64,000 nucleotides of DNA from an uncultured Bacilli bacterium (GCA_947628535.1 CANRAF010000004.1:8566-72565); one strand, 5' to 3'. Positions 1 to 10,360 are shown, counted from the stretch's first letter. Made by a program: numbers and translations. The notes: generated from the sequence alone by a model not told the origin.

Positions 1-139
1 CTTGAGATATTGTATCAAATTTTTTAAATATTATATAATCCTCTACTATGTTAAGCGGGAAAAATACAGTATTTATATCTTTGAGATCATCAAAGGTATT
101 ATATTCTTTTTTTATGAAAACTTCTTTTAATTTTGACAT
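1..139 (-). CDS. Hypothetical protein, N-terminal fragment. The gene starts at 139 and runs off the window start.
   Basis: Minus-strand ATG at 137-139 opens a reading frame (MSKLKEVFIKKEYNTFDDLKDINTVFFPLNIVEDYIIFKKFDTISQ...) that stays open to position 1. It is absent from the ORF track because it is truncated. No recognisable family. Confidence 0.3.
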   Translation of the reverse strand, partial: MSKLKEVFIKKEYNTFDDLKDINTVFFPLNIVEDYIIFKKFDTISQ

Positions 140-151
140 AGAAACACATCC

Positions 152-1267
152 TTATTCAATAAAATCTTTTAAAATGTAATTTGATATATATAAATCATCT
201 TCTGCTATATAAAAATTTTTCTCTGTCTCTTTTAATTTACTTACATCAAATATATCTTTTATTTCTTTGTTGTATCTTTTTTTAAAGTCATTTTTTTCTA
301 CCCCTTTTATCTTTCTAAGTCCTAAAATCATAAAATTTTCCATATCTATTTTTTTGGTTATTATCTCTTCATCTTTTTTATAGCTTCCTTTTAAATAGTT
401 AGTTAAACTTCTGGTATTTGTATATCTTATATTATTTATGTATCCTGAAGCGTTAAGACCAAAACCATAATATTTTTGATTATTCCAGTATGTTAGATTA
501 TGTCTTGATTCAAATCCATCTTTTGAAAAATTACTTATTTCATAATGATTATAGCCATGTTCTTTTAAAGTTTTTACTATTAAGTCATACATATCTCTTG
601 ATAAATCATCATCTATTTCCTGATAATTTTTAACTTTTAAAACTGTATTATTTTCTAAAATGAGTGAGTATATTGAGATATGATTTATATCTAAATCTAG
701 GAACTTTTTTAAATCTTTTTTTAGCATGGCTATGGTTTCTCCATTTATACCATATATTAAATCAATATTTATATTATTAAAGTATTTTTTGGCTAACTTT
801 ATTTTTTTTGTAACAGAGAAATTATAGTTTCTACCAAGGATAGAGAGAAGTTTTTTATTAAATGATTCTACTCCTATACTTAATCTGTTTACTTTACCCT
901 CTTTTAATATTTTTAAAAGATTTTCATTTATATTTTCTATATTACATTCAAAAGTAAATTCGGCATTTTCTGAAAGATTTAAACTATTTGTTATTTCAAA
1001 TAACTTTTTTAATTCATCATTTTTTAAAGAAGAAGGAGTCCCTCCGCCAATATATAAAGTTTCAAGCATTTCTCCTTGATAGAATTCATTTACTTCTTTT
1101 TCTAGCTCATTTAAATAACTTTTTACTAATTTTTCATTATAATACATTTTGCAAAAATCACAATAAGTACAAATTTTTTGACAAAATGGAATATGAATAT
1201 AACACGATTTAACCACGTCTTTTGTGACTTCCTTTAAATTGTCCTGTTTCATTTTTTTCAAAGTCAT
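152..1267 (-). CDS. hemW: Radical SAM heme chaperone HemW (HemN-like, oxygen-independent coproporphyrinogen-III oxidase family).
   Basis: CxxxCxxC radical-SAM motif in YIHIPFCQKICTYCDFC. Length of about 370 aa. Sits directly downstream of lepA, as in Bacillus and Clostridium. The true start may be an internal Met (about 1252). Confidence 0.85.
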   Translation of the reverse strand: MTLKKMKQDNLKEVTKDVVKSCYIHIPFCQKICTYCDFCKMYYNEKLVKSYLNELEKEVNEFYQGEMLETLYIGGGTPSSLKNDELKKLFEITNSLNLSENAEFTFECNIENINENLLKILKEGKVNRLSIGVESFNKKLLSILGRNYNFSVTKKIKLAKKYFNNINIDLIYGINGETIAMLKKDLKKFLDLDINHISIYSLILENNTVLKVKNYQEIDDDLSRDMYDLIVKTLKEHGYNHYEISNFSKDGFESRHNLTYWNNQKYYGFGLNASGYINNIRYTNTRSLTNYLKGSYKKDEEIITKKIDMENFMILGLRKIKGVEKNDFKKRYNKEIKDIFDVSKLKETEKNFYIAEDDLYISNYILKDFIE

Positions 1268-1544
1268 TATTTAAAGCGTAGTTTAAACCTCCTTTTTGGT
1301 TCCCTTTTAATTTATTTTTTTCTCTCATTTGCTTTATTTTTGCGACTTTTTCTTTGCCAATTAAATCTACTGCATAATCGGATGTCAAATCTCTTCCAAC
1401 AGTACTACTTGATGACTTTATATTTTGAAATGCTAGAAGCTGCGCTAGAGCTTCATCACTTATTTCTCCGTCATTTTCCATAAACAGTTCAATTGTCATT
1501 GCAACTCTTTTATATATTTTTTCTTTTTGATTTTCACTTATCAT
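1209..1544 (-). CDS. Hypothetical small protein (111 aa).
   Basis: ORF lying between lepA and hemW, overlapping the 5' end of hemW. No family recognised. Confidence 0.3.
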   Translation of the reverse strand: MISENQKEKIYKRVAMTIELFMENDGEISDEALAQLLAFQNIKSSSSTVGRDLTSDYAVDLIGKEKVAKIKQMREKNKLKGNQKGGLNYALNNDFEKNETGQFKGSHKRRG

Positions 1545-1562
1545 TTTATTTTACTCCTTTTC

Positions 1563-3371
1563 CTATTCATCTACTTTTAAAATTGATAAGAAGGCATCAC
1601 TTGGAAGTTCTACTGATCCTATCGTTTTCATTTTCTTTTTTCCTTCTTTTTGTTTTTCAAGAAGTTTTCTTTTTCTTGATACATCGCCACCATAACATTT
1701 TGCAAGAACATCTTTGCGCATTGCTTTTACTGTTTCACGAGCAATTATTTTTGATCCTATTGCTGCTTGAACTGGTACTTCAAACATTTGTCTTGGAATT
1801 ATTTTCTTTAGATTTTCAGTAATTGTTTTACCACGCTGATAGGCAAAATCTTTATGTACTATTATACTTAAAGCATCGATTACTTCGCCATTTAATAATA
1901 TATCCATTTTTACTAAATCACTTTCTTTGCTATCTATTATTTCGTAGTCAAATGAAGCATAACCTTTAGTTGCACTTTTTAATTTGTTAAAAAAGTCATA
2001 AACTATTTCTGATAAAGGAAGTTCATAGATGATATTTACCCTTGTTTTATCTATGTAATCAAGTCCTATGTAAGTTCCTCTTTTGTTTTGACAAAGTTCC
2101 ATAATTGGACCAATATAAGAGGAAGGTGCAAAAATAGATGCTTTTATATATGGTTCGGTTATTTTTTTGATATTTACTTTATCTGGCATTTTGGACGGAG
2201 AATCTATTTTTATTTTTTCGCCATTAGTTTTCTCAACTTCATAAATAACTGATGGTGATGTTGCAATTAAATCAATTTTAAACTCTCTTTCGATTCTTTC
2301 CTTTGTTATTTCCATATGAAGTAGTCCTAAAAAACCGCATCTGAAACCAAATCCTAATGCTTTTGATACTTCAGGAGTATACTCTAAAGAGGCATCATTT
2401 AATTTTAGTTTTTCTAAGGCTTCTTTTAAATCTTCATATTTTTTTGAATCAATTGGATATAGTCCGCAGTAAACAAATGGTTTTATTTCTTTATAACCTG
2501 ATAGAGCCATTTTACAAGGACTTGATTCGCTTGTTATTGTATCTCCTACCCTAACATCGCTAATACTTTTTATAGAAGCAGTTAAAAAACCAACTTCTCC
2601 TGTTTTTAATTCGTTTATTTCTTTTTCTTTAGGTGTATGGATGGAAAGTGAAACTACTTCGTATGTAGCACCAGTTTTCATCATTTTTATTTTATCTCCA
2701 ACTTTTACTTTCCCATTCATTACTCTTATTGATAGGACAACTCCGCGATATGGGTCAAAAAAACTATCAAAAATTAAAGCACTTAATTCTTCTTCTTGAC
2801 TAATCTTTTTTGGTGCGGGAATTTTTTCTACAACGGCATCTAAAAGCTCTTTTATACCAATTCCTTCTTTAGCAGAACAAAGAATTATATCTTCTTTTTC
2901 AAATCCAAGGGTTTCTGTTATTTCATTTATAACTCTATCTACTTCTGCATTTGGAAGATCAATTTTGTTAATTATAGGGATTATTTCAAGGTTATTATCA
3001 AGCGCTAGATAAAGATTCGCTAAAGTTTGGGCTTCTATTCCTTGCGATGCATCTACCACGAGTATTGCTCCCTCACAGGCTGCTAGAGAACGAGATACTT
3101 CATAAGTAAAATCTACATGTCCTGGAGTATCTATTAAGTTTAAAAGATATTCTTCATTATCATATTTATATTTTAAAGATACAGCATTTAACTTTATAGT
3201 GATTCCACGCTCTCTTTCAAGTTCCATTGTATCAAGAGCTTGGTTTTTCATCTCTCTTTTATCTACTGCATTAGTAATTTCTAAAATTCTATCGGCAATA
3301 GTACTTTTACCATGATCGATGTGAGCAATAATACTAAAATTTCTAATATGGGATAAATCCATTTTGATCAC
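1563..3371 (-). CDS. lepA: Elongation factor 4 (LepA), a translational GTPase.
   Basis: N-terminus [23 protein letters not shown] (G1 motif), DTPGHVDF (G3), and a LepA-specific C-terminal domain. 602 aa. Confidence 0.95.
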   Translation of the reverse strand: MIKMDLSHIRNFSIIAHIDHGKSTIADRILEITNAVDKREMKNQALDTMELERERGITIKLNAVSLKYKYDNEEYLLNLIDTPGHVDFTYEVSRSLAACEGAILVVDASQGIEAQTLANLYLALDNNLEIIPIINKIDLPNAEVDRVINEITETLGFEKEDIILCSAKEGIGIKELLDAVVEKIPAPKKISQEEELSALIFDSFFDPYRGVVLSIRVMNGKVKVGDKIKMMKTGATYEVVSLSIHTPKEKEINELKTGEVGFLTASIKSISDVRVGDTITSESSPCKMALSGYKEIKPFVYCGLYPIDSKKYEDLKEALEKLKLNDASLEYTPEVSKALGFGFRCGFLGLLHMEITKERIEREFKIDLIATSPSVIYEVEKTNGEKIKIDSPSKMPDKVNIKKITEPYIKASIFAPSSYIGPIMELCQNKRGTYIGLDYIDKTRVNIIYELPLSEIVYDFFNKLKSATKGYASFDYEIIDSKESDLVKMDILLNGEVIDALSIIVHKDFAYQRGKTITENLKKIIPRQMFEVPVQAAIGSKIIARETVKAMRKDVLAKCYGGDVSRKRKLLEKQKEGKKKMKTIGSVELPSDAFLSILKVDE

Positions 3372-3495
3372 CTATCTAAATTTTATCATAATTTTTATTA
3401 CTTTACACAATATTTCTTATGGTTTAACATATTTTTACATTTTTTACTTGTTTTATTACTTTTTTTCTTTTATAATTTATTCTAGGAGGGAAGAT

Positions 3496-4200
3496 ATGAA
3501 AAGGGAAAAAAATTTTTATTATATTTTTGTAGCATTTTTATTTGTTACTTGTTATATAACATGCTACATTTTATCTAACAGAGTAATTGAATTTGGGGCT
3601 TTAACAGCAACTGCAAGTGCTCTTATTTATCCACTTACATATTTTATAGCAGTATTATTTTATGAAAGGTACGGAAAAAACAGAGTCTTTGAACTTATTA
3701 ATTTCTCAATCATTTCGCTTATATTCATGGGAATTATGATTGGATTTGCTTCGACATTTACTGTTTATGGCGGCTATGATGGATTAGAAAAAATATTTGA
3801 TATTGATTTTAGAATTCTTTTCTCATCTGTAATTGCCTTTATGGTAGGTCAATATGTAAATATAAAACTTTATGATTTTCTTGGACATAAAAAAGGTTTT
3901 GATTTCTTGGTATCTGGAGTAATTGCTATTACAATTGATAGTTTCTTATTTATTGGACTTTCATATTTTGGAGAGATGACATTTAAAGAATTATTTACTT
4001 TAGCAACTGGTCAATATTCATTAAGTGTAATTGCAATACTTATTTATGCACTTTGCTTTAATTCTCTTATTCCTACTTTAATTGAGACTAGAGATGATGA
4101 TTTAATTAGTGATTATGATTTTGATAAACCTAAAACAAAAAAGAGTACAAGTTCTAAGAAAATTACTAAAGAAGAAACTAAAACAAAAAAGGACCAATAA
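3496..4200 (+). CDS. Queuosine-precursor transporter, YhhQ/DUF165 (VUT) family membrane protein.
   Basis: Start re-assigned to ATG 3496, which is preceded by GGAGGG at 3485-3490. Polytopic membrane protein with the YhhQ-like N-terminus ...ALTATASALIYPLTYF... The basic C-terminal tail is not conserved. Confidence 0.65.
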   Translation: MKREKNFYYIFVAFLFVTCYITCYILSNRVIEFGALTATASALIYPLTYFIAVLFYERYGKNRVFELINFSIISLIFMGIMIGFASTFTVYGGYDGLEKIFDIDFRILFSSVIAFMVGQYVNIKLYDFLGHKKGFDFLVSGVIAITIDSFLFIGLSYFGEMTFKELFTLATGQYSLSVIAILIYALCFNSLIPTLIETRDDDLISDYDFDKPKTKKSTSSKKITKEETKTKKDQ

Positions 4201-4212
4201 TGGTTCTTTTTA
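4187..4212. terminator. Bidirectional rho-independent terminator between the yhhQ-like gene and the yneF-like gene.
   Basis: AAAAGGACCAATAATGGTTCTTTTT: a 7-bp stem (one G-U pair) with an A-run on one side and a T-run on the other. Confidence 0.5.
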
Positions 4213-4422
4213 TTTGTAATTTTTTTGCATTTGTTTCATAACTTGATTTACTTGTTTTTGACTTGGAGTTCTACCCATAGATGACATCATTACTTTTATC
4301 ATATTTTCATCTATAGGGGGATTCTTTTTTAAATACTTTTTCATAAATAATCTTGCACCGAAAAAGCCTATTATAAGACCTGCTACAAGGCCAATTACTA
4401 TCATTAATATATCATGTAACAT
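4210..4422 (-). CDS. UPF0154 (YneF) family small membrane protein.
   Basis: 70 aa with a single N-terminal TM (IVIGLVAGLIIGFFGARLF). The conserved tail KKYLKKNPPIDENMIKVMMSSMGRTPSQKQVNQ is typical of YneF. Confidence 0.8.
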   Translation of the reverse strand: MLHDILMIVIGLVAGLIIGFFGARLFMKKYLKKNPPIDENMIKVMMSSMGRTPSQKQVNQVMKQMQKNYK

Positions 4423-4549
4423 TTTATTACCTCCATATACTTATTGTATAAGATAATTTATGATATTGCAAGTATAAATATTATTAATAATTCTTTTATA
4501 TTTTTCTTTTTTATACCCACTATATTTAAATTAAAAAGTGATTTTATTA

Positions 4550-4981
4550 TTAATTAGATTGTTTTACTTTTTTTCTATCTAAAAAGAAAAAATTTTGCTC
4601 TTTAAAATTACATACAAAAAAATTGTCTTTCATTTCATTTAAAGTTTTAAAAAATGATGGATTTGTAGTATTACTTTCAATTTTTATATTAGAATTTTTA
4701 ACTGTTAATATGGATATTTCGTTTAAAAATAAATTATTTATAATATGTTCATTTCCACTTTTAGAATACATTATTTTGTCTTTATATTTATCTTTTATGT
4801 AACCACTTATTTCATCTTTATCTAAAAAATTACTTATTTGAGAAAATAAGCTATATCCATATTCTTTATCACTTGTTTTCATATTGTAAATTCTATTAAA
4901 AATAAAAAATAATTCACTTGGTTTGTCTTTATATAATTTATAAAACTCTTCTTTTACACTAAAAATATAGAAATTATTCAT
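4550..4981 (-). CDS. Hypothetical protein (143 aa).
   Basis: ORF with a typical codon profile. No family recognised. Confidence 0.35.
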   Translation of the reverse strand: MNNFYIFSVKEEFYKLYKDKPSELFFIFNRIYNMKTSDKEYGYSLFSQISNFLDKDEISGYIKDKYKDKIMYSKSGNEHIINNLFLNEISILTVKNSNIKIESNTTNPSFFKTLNEMKDNFFVCNFKEQNFFFLDRKKVKQSN

Positions 4982-5044
4982 TTATATCACCAAGAGTAGT
5001 ATACAAGGAAATATAATAATTTTTTGTCGAAAAAAGAAAGAGTT

Positions 5045-6403
5045 TTAAAATTTTACTCTTTCTTCAATGTAACTTTCTACTTCATCTAAATTTAAAGTAA
5101 TTTGCTTCATAGTATCTCTATCTCTAATTGTTACAGTATTATTTTTTAATGTTTCATCATCTACTGTTAGAGAAAATACTGTTCCGCTTGCATCTGCTCT
5201 TCTATATCTTTTACCTATTGATCCAGTTTCATCATAACTTGTCATAAATGATTTGGAAAGTTTTTCATAAATTTCTTTGGCTTTTTCACTGTGATATTTT
5301 TTTACAAGTGGTAAAACTGCGAGTTTATAAGGTGCGAGAAATGGGTGAAGTTTTAATACTTCTCTTGTGTCTTCTCCTACTTTTTCTACGTGATAAGCAT
5401 CAAAAAGGAGTGCGAGGACAGTTCTATCAAGACCATATGTTGATTCAATGACATAGGGAATATATTTTTCATTTGTTTCAGGATCTAAATATTCATGACT
5501 TGTTTTACTAAATTTGGTATGGTTTGAAAGATCAAAATCAGTACGATTATGAGTTCCATTAATTTCTCCCCAACCAAATGGAAATTTATATTCAATATCA
5601 GCGGCTTCTTTAGCATAATGAGCAAGTTTTTCGTGATCTTTAAATCTTAGTTTTTCTTTATCAAGTCCTAAATCTTCATAAAATTTAAGTCCATATTCTT
5701 TAAAGTAATTATATAGTTTTTCGTCTTCACCTTTTTTACAAAATGTTTGATATTCCATTTGCTCGAATTCAATTGTTCTAAAAGTAAAGTTACCTGGAGT
5801 TATTTCATTTCTAAAGGCTTTCCCTATTTGACCAATTGAAAATGGAAGTTTTGCTCGCATTGTTCTTTGTACGTTTAAAAAGTTTACGTACTCTCCTTGA
5901 GCGTTTTCTGGTCTTAAATAAATAACGTTTTTACTATCGTCTGTTACTCCACGATATGTTTCAAACATTAAATTAAATTCTCTTATTTTAGTAAAGTTTG
6001 ATTTACCACATTTAGGACAAGGAACTTTTTTTTCGCTTATAAACTTTTCCATTTCTTCTTTTGTCATAGCATCAGCATTAGTATTTTTATCAAAGTCATC
6101 AATTAAATTGTCTGCACGATGACGAGTTTTACATTCTTTGCAGTCTACAAGTGGATCGGAAAATGAAGCTACATGTCCAGATGCTTCCCATACTTTTGGG
6201 TGCATTAGTATATCTGCATCTACTTCATAAGCATTTGCTCTTTCCTGAATAAATCTTTTTCTCCAGGCATCTTTTACATTGTTTTTAAGTCTTGCACCAA
6301 GTGGTCCATAATCCCAAGTATTGGCAAGGCCTCCATATATTTCACTTCCGGGAAAAATAAAACCATAGTTTTTACAAAAATTTACCATTTTTTCCATATT
6401 CAT
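5045..6403 (-). CDS. glyQS: Glycine--tRNA ligase, homodimeric alpha2 type (GlyQS).
   Basis: Class II aaRS of the GlyRS2 type (...GFIFPGSEIYGGLANTWDYGPLG...). Start moved to the ATG at 6403 (MNMEK...), which has AGGAGG 9 nt upstream. The longer ORF in the track begins inside that RBS. Confidence 0.9.
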   Translation of the reverse strand: MNMEKMVNFCKNYGFIFPGSEIYGGLANTWDYGPLGARLKNNVKDAWRKRFIQERANAYEVDADILMHPKVWEASGHVASFSDPLVDCKECKTRHRADNLIDDFDKNTNADAMTKEEMEKFISEKKVPCPKCGKSNFTKIREFNLMFETYRGVTDDSKNVIYLRPENAQGEYVNFLNVQRTMRAKLPFSIGQIGKAFRNEITPGNFTFRTIEFEQMEYQTFCKKGEDEKLYNYFKEYGLKFYEDLGLDKEKLRFKDHEKLAHYAKEAADIEYKFPFGWGEINGTHNRTDFDLSNHTKFSKTSHEYLDPETNEKYIPYVIESTYGLDRTVLALLFDAYHVEKVGEDTREVLKLHPFLAPYKLAVLPLVKKYHSEKAKEIYEKLSKSFMTSYDETGSIGKRYRRADASGTVFSLTVDDETLKNNTVTIRDRDTMKQITLNLDEVESYIEERVKF

Positions 6404-6475
6404 TTTTATGTTCCTCCTTGACATAATTTACTATCTATATTTTATTATAAATTGTTTTTTTTGTAAATATCAATT

Positions 6476-7885
6476 TTAATACCACATAGCAGTATAATTT
6501 CCATCTTTTTTATAATAGCTATCCATTAAATTAACTGTTTCAAAATGTTTATAAAGTTCAGATTTTTTATAAGTATTTACATTTAGTCCAAGTGGCTCTA
6601 TCCATAAAGATTCCGCAACATAATAATTTTTTTCATCTACTCCAATTACAATAGCAGAATGTCCTTCGGAAACTGTTACTTCTCCAAGCAAATCACCTGC
6701 TTTTATTTTATTAGACATGGATAGTTCTTTTGTCAAAACTCTTTCTTCACCAATTCCATTTAAATCATTTGAATTTTCTCCGCCAGAATGTGCTCCAAGA
6801 TCCCCAGGATCAAAGCCACCATTAAAGAGTGCCCATGTAGTAAAACCACTACAGTCAAGACCATTTTTCCTCATACCTTTACTTGGTTTTGAATATATTG
6901 GACATCCCCATGGATTAGGGCCTTCCAAAGAATAACTGATATTATCAAATTTACTATCAGTAAGATATAAGCCTTTGTGATAATACCTTCCCTCTCCATC
7001 TACTTTGTTTTCATTAGAAAGTCTACCATTTTCAGAAAAATAACTTATTCTATATGGAAATTCTAAAGTTAAAAATCTAACAGCCTCTACGACTCCTGCT
7101 CTTGTTTTGTAACCTTTTTCATTAATTCTATATTCAAGTATTTCATCAAGTAATTTTTCTTCGTTATAACTAAACATGTTACATGTTAGATAATCTCGAT
7201 TATAATCATATTCTTTAGGAATTTTTGAAATTAAATCAGTTACTACTACTTTAATTTGTTCTTTGCTATTATAACCACTTAAACTTATAATTGATTTTCC
7301 TGGTTTAAGTCCTGTAATTTTATTATTATTTATTAAAACATTAGAATTATTTGCTTTTAAATTAATATTCTTACTTAAAATACTAGTAACTTTATATTTA
7401 ACAACACAACTATCTTTCAAAGCTAAATAGCATTTTTTTGTGTATAATTCTACATCTAAAATTTTACCTTCGTATTTAAAGTTTAACAATTTATTTTTAT
7501 ATTTTAAGTAAATTTTATAACTATTTCCTTTATCAATATCTGCACTACATTTATTGTTTTTTATCTTATTCCATATGCTTTTATTATTTATATCTATCTG
7601 AACATCTTTTTCGACAACAGAACATAAAACATCATCCTTTAACTCATTAAATGTGATATTTACTGTTCCGTTATCATATGTAATATTATTTACATAAATA
7701 TCTTTAATATCATTAGAATAATAATTATAATAAATATAATAACATCCCCCTAAGCATATAAGAATTGCAAGGGTTAGCAGGGAAATATAAAAAAACATTA
7801 TATTTTTGTCTTTATAATTGTTTCCACTATTTTTGCTTATATAATTACTATTAAATGATTTCGTCTTAAAAATTATTTTCTTCAC
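6476..7885 (-). CDS. Membrane-anchored protein with a C-terminal papain-fold (NlpC/P60- or CHAP-like) cysteine peptidase or amidase domain. Putative cell-wall hydrolase.
   Basis: N-terminal TM (FFYISLLTLAILICLGGCYYIYY). Near the C-terminus there is a Cys (GLDCSGFTTWALFNGG) followed about 65 aa later by a His (EGHSAIVIG), the arrangement typical of NlpC/P60 and CHAP enzymes. Divergent from lexA. Confidence 0.5.
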   Translation of the reverse strand: MKKIIFKTKSFNSNYISKNSGNNYKDKNIMFFYISLLTLAILICLGGCYYIYYNYYSNDIKDIYVNNITYDNGTVNITFNELKDDVLCSVVEKDVQIDINNKSIWNKIKNNKCSADIDKGNSYKIYLKYKNKLLNFKYEGKILDVELYTKKCYLALKDSCVVKYKVTSILSKNINLKANNSNVLINNNKITGLKPGKSIISLSGYNSKEQIKVVVTDLISKIPKEYDYNRDYLTCNMFSYNEEKLLDEILEYRINEKGYKTRAGVVEAVRFLTLEFPYRISYFSENGRLSNENKVDGEGRYYHKGLYLTDSKFDNISYSLEGPNPWGCPIYSKPSKGMRKNGLDCSGFTTWALFNGGFDPGDLGAHSGGENSNDLNGIGEERVLTKELSMSNKIKAGDLLGEVTVSEGHSAIVIGVDEKNYYVAESLWIEPLGLNVNTYKKSELYKHFETVNLMDSYYKKDGNYTAMWY

Positions 7886-7992
7886 TTAAATCACCGCTAC
7901 TGCCTTATTTTGACAATTTTAATTATAAACTAATACCATATTTTTTTCAATTATTTTGTTAAATTTGCTCTTTTGTAAATAGCCAAAATATA

Positions 7993-8004
7993 AAACATTT
8001 GTTT
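7993..8004. promoter_or_regulatory. Candidate LexA (SOS) box in the lexA / hydrolase divergent promoter region.
   Basis: AAACATTTGTTT matches the Firmicute consensus GAAC-N4-GTTC at 10 of 12 positions. It overlaps the TTGACA at 8003-8008 that looks like the lexA -35. Confidence 0.3.
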
Positions 8005-8050
8005 GACAATATATATCTTTTATGCTATTCTAAAATTGGAGGTATAATAT

Positions 8051-8671
8051 ATGGAAAAACTAACTGTTAAACAAGCAAGAGTTTTAGAAGAACTAAAAAA
8101 ATATATCGCTAAAAAGGGATATCCCCCTACTGTAAGAGAGTTATGTGCACTTACTAATTTGAATAGTACTGCAACAATTCATGTTCATCTAGACCATCTT
8201 GCAAGTAAAGGATATATCAAAAAAGATAAAGATAAAAATAGAACAATTGAACTTTTAGTACCTAACGAATATAACCTAAAAGATGAGGGAACTGTTGCTA
8301 TTCCTCTTTTAGGAAAAGTAACTGCTGGAAACCCTATTGAGGCAATTGAAAGACCTGACGAATACTTTGACGTTCCCGCAAGTTTAATTAATCCAAGAAA
8401 AGAAACTTTTTCACTTAATGTAAGTGGTGAGAGTATGATTAATGCCGGAATATACGATAATGATATAGTTCTCGTAGAAAGATTAAATACACCTCAAAAT
8501 GGCGATATTGTTGTTGCTATGAATGAAGATAATGAGGTTACTGTTAAAACTTTTTATAAAGAAAAAGATCATATTAGACTTCAACCTGAAAATGATTCTT
8601 TCGAGCCAATTATTTTAAATAATGTTACTATTTTAGGAAAAGTTGTAGGGTTATACAGAAAAATGAAATAA
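8051..8671 (+). CDS. lexA: LexA repressor (S24 peptidase).
   Basis: N-terminal winged HTH. Ala-Gly cleavage site (KVTAGNP). Catalytic Ser in GESMINAGI and Lys in the C-terminal part. 206 aa. GGAGGT RBS. Confidence 0.95.
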   Translation: MEKLTVKQARVLEELKKYIAKKGYPPTVRELCALTNLNSTATIHVHLDHLASKGYIKKDKDKNRTIELLVPNEYNLKDEGTVAIPLLGKVTAGNPIEAIERPDEYFDVPASLINPRKETFSLNVSGESMINAGIYDNDIVLVERLNTPQNGDIVVAMNEDNEVTVKTFYKEKDHIRLQPENDSFEPIILNNVTILGKVVGLYRKMK

Positions 8672-8674
8672 AAA

Positions 8675-8712
8675 ACAAAAGGAAAGTATTTAAACTTTCC
8701 TTTTTCTATTCC
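8675..8712. terminator. Bidirectional rho-independent terminator.
   Basis: AAAAAACAAAAGGAAAGTATTTAAACTTTCCTTTTT: GGAAAGT/ACTTTCC stem flanked by A- and T-runs. It lies between the convergent lexA and 8719..9153 genes. Confidence 0.6.
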
Positions 8713-8718
8713 CCTTTT

Positions 8719-9153
8719 TTATTCTTTATTATTAATTGCATTTAATAAATTTACTTTAAACATATCTTTTTCTTTATTTGTTTTAGAAATCATTACACCT
8801 TTGTAAGTACTTAATTCACTTCTATGACCTTCATCTAAAATTGAATCAGGTGTTATATTAGTAAGAAGTACTACTCTAGATGATTCATATACTGTATAAT
8901 GAAGAGTTAATTCACCATGCACTTTAGCAAATAAATTATCGGTTGGTAATTTAAGTTCAAATGTTTTGGTGTTTTCCTTTGAATCTGTTGAAACTAACTT
9001 ACCTAGAAATTTACCTTCTCTAATACTTGGATAGTATTCAAAAGTAAGTTTTTTGTAGGCAAGCATGTTGTATTTTCTTACAGATCTTTCTTTTTTTCTA
9101 AACTCATTTTCATTTACATATTCAAAGTGATAATGTAATTTCTTATTTTCCAT
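8719..9153 (-). CDS. Hypothetical protein (144 aa).
   Basis: ORF with no recognised family. Confidence 0.35.
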   Translation of the reverse strand: MENKKLHYHFEYVNENEFRKKERSVRKYNMLAYKKLTFEYYPSIREGKFLGKLVSTDSKENTKTFELKLPTDNLFAKVHGELTLHYTVYESSRVVLLTNITPDSILDEGHRSELSTYKGVMISKTNKEKDMFKVNLLNAINNKE

Positions 9154-9253
9154 ATTACCTAACCCCCTTATATTTTTGGTAATCTTTAATAAGTGCTTAA
9201 ATTATAGCATATTTTGAAAAAAATGTCAAATATTTTGGGAGTTTTTTAAATTT

Positions 9254-10360
9254 TTAAAGTAAATACCAAAGCTTTTTACCATCTTTTCTGACTTCTTTTA
9301 TTATTCCGCTTCCTATACATCTATCACCTATATATAGAGCACATACTTGTCCTGGTGTTACACTTTTTACGTTATTATATTTAATTAAAAGTTCTTTATC
9401 ATTTAAATATTCAATTTCTACAGGGACATCTTTACTTCGATATCTAAATTTGGCACTGCACTTTGTTATTTTTTCATCTGTATTTAAAACTAAGGTATCA
9501 ATTATGCAACTATCTGAGTATAAATATTCGTTATTTTCTCCTTCTGCAACATATAAGATGTTTTTATTTAAATCTTTACCTACTGCAAATAATCTTTCTT
9601 TGGTCCCTCCAATATTTAAGCCTTTTCTTTGTCCTATTGTATAGTGCATTAATCCTATATGCTGTCCTACTACTTTATTTGTTTTTATATTTATAATAGT
9701 TCCTGGTTGATTTGGAAGATAATTAGTTAGAAATTTTCTGAAATTTCTCTCTCCAATAAAGCATATTCCTGTTGAATCTTTTTTGTCTTTTGTTATTAGG
9801 TTATACTCTCTAGCAATTTTTCTAACCTCTTCTTTTTTCATATCCCCTAAAGGGAATAAAACGTTTTCTAATTGTTTTTTATCTAGTTGTGAAAGAAAAT
9901 ATGACTGATCTTTATTTTCATCTATTCCTTTATATAAATTGCCATCTTTTAATATTGCATAATGACCTGTTGCTATGTAGTCAGCATTTAATTTTTTTGC
10001 TTCTTTAATAAATAAATCGAATTTTATATATTTATTGCACATTACATCAGGATTAGGAGTTCTTCCTTTTTTTAGTTCCTCTAAAAAATAAGTGAAAACA
10101 TAGTCCCAATATTCTTTTACGAAATCTACTCTATGCAGTTTTACTCCTAACTTTTCACATACTTTTTTAGCGTCATTATAATCTTGTTCCTGAGTACATA
10201 TATCATTTTCTAGAGTTGGGTTACCATTTATATCATTGTTTATTAAACTATCCCAGTTACGCATGAATAATCCTTCTACTTCATATCCTTGATTTTTCAA
10301 AAGGATTAACGCTACTGATGAATCTACTCCTCCGGAAACTCCTACTATAACTTTTTTCAT
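9254..10360 (-). CDS. mnmA: tRNA-specific 2-thiouridylase MnmA.
   Basis: PP-loop SGGVDSS near the N-terminus. 368 aa. Conserved Cys residues of MnmA (CTQEQ..., ...GICFIGE...). Confidence 0.95.
   Translation of the reverse strand: MKKVIVGVSGGVDSSVALILLKNQGYEVEGLFMRNWDSLINNDINGNPTLENDICTQEQDYNDAKKVCEKLGVKLHRVDFVKEYWDYVFTYFLEELKKGRTPNPDVMCNKYIKFDLFIKEAKKLNADYIATGHYAILKDGNLYKGIDENKDQSYFLSQLDKKQLENVLFPLGDMKKEEVRKIAREYNLITKDKKDSTGICFIGERNFRKFLTNYLPNQPGTIINIKTNKVVGQHIGLMHYTIGQRKGLNIGGTKERLFAVGKDLNKNILYVAEGENNEYLYSDSCIIDTLVLNTDEKITKCSAKFRYRSKDVPVEIEYLNDKELLIKYNNVKSVTPGQVCALYIGDRCIGSGIIKEVRKDGKKLWYLL

Noticed and set aside
988-1822. Plus-strand ORFs (988..1212, 1493..1822) inside hemW and lepA. Similar antisense ORFs occur at 2357..2554, 9450..9696, 12509..12736, 26519..26737, 27006..27386, 31251..31463, 32086..32331, 36520..36876 and elsewhere.
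   Set aside because: Each lies entirely within a confidently identified gene on the opposite strand, is low-complexity (Leu/Phe/Ile/Ser-rich, as expected when reading AT-rich coding DNA in reverse), and has no RBS. Treated as spurious.
6425-6475. T-box leaders upstream of glyQS and hisS (the latter at 37323..37376).
   Set aside because: The intergenic regions are only 72 and 54 nt, far too short for a T-box.
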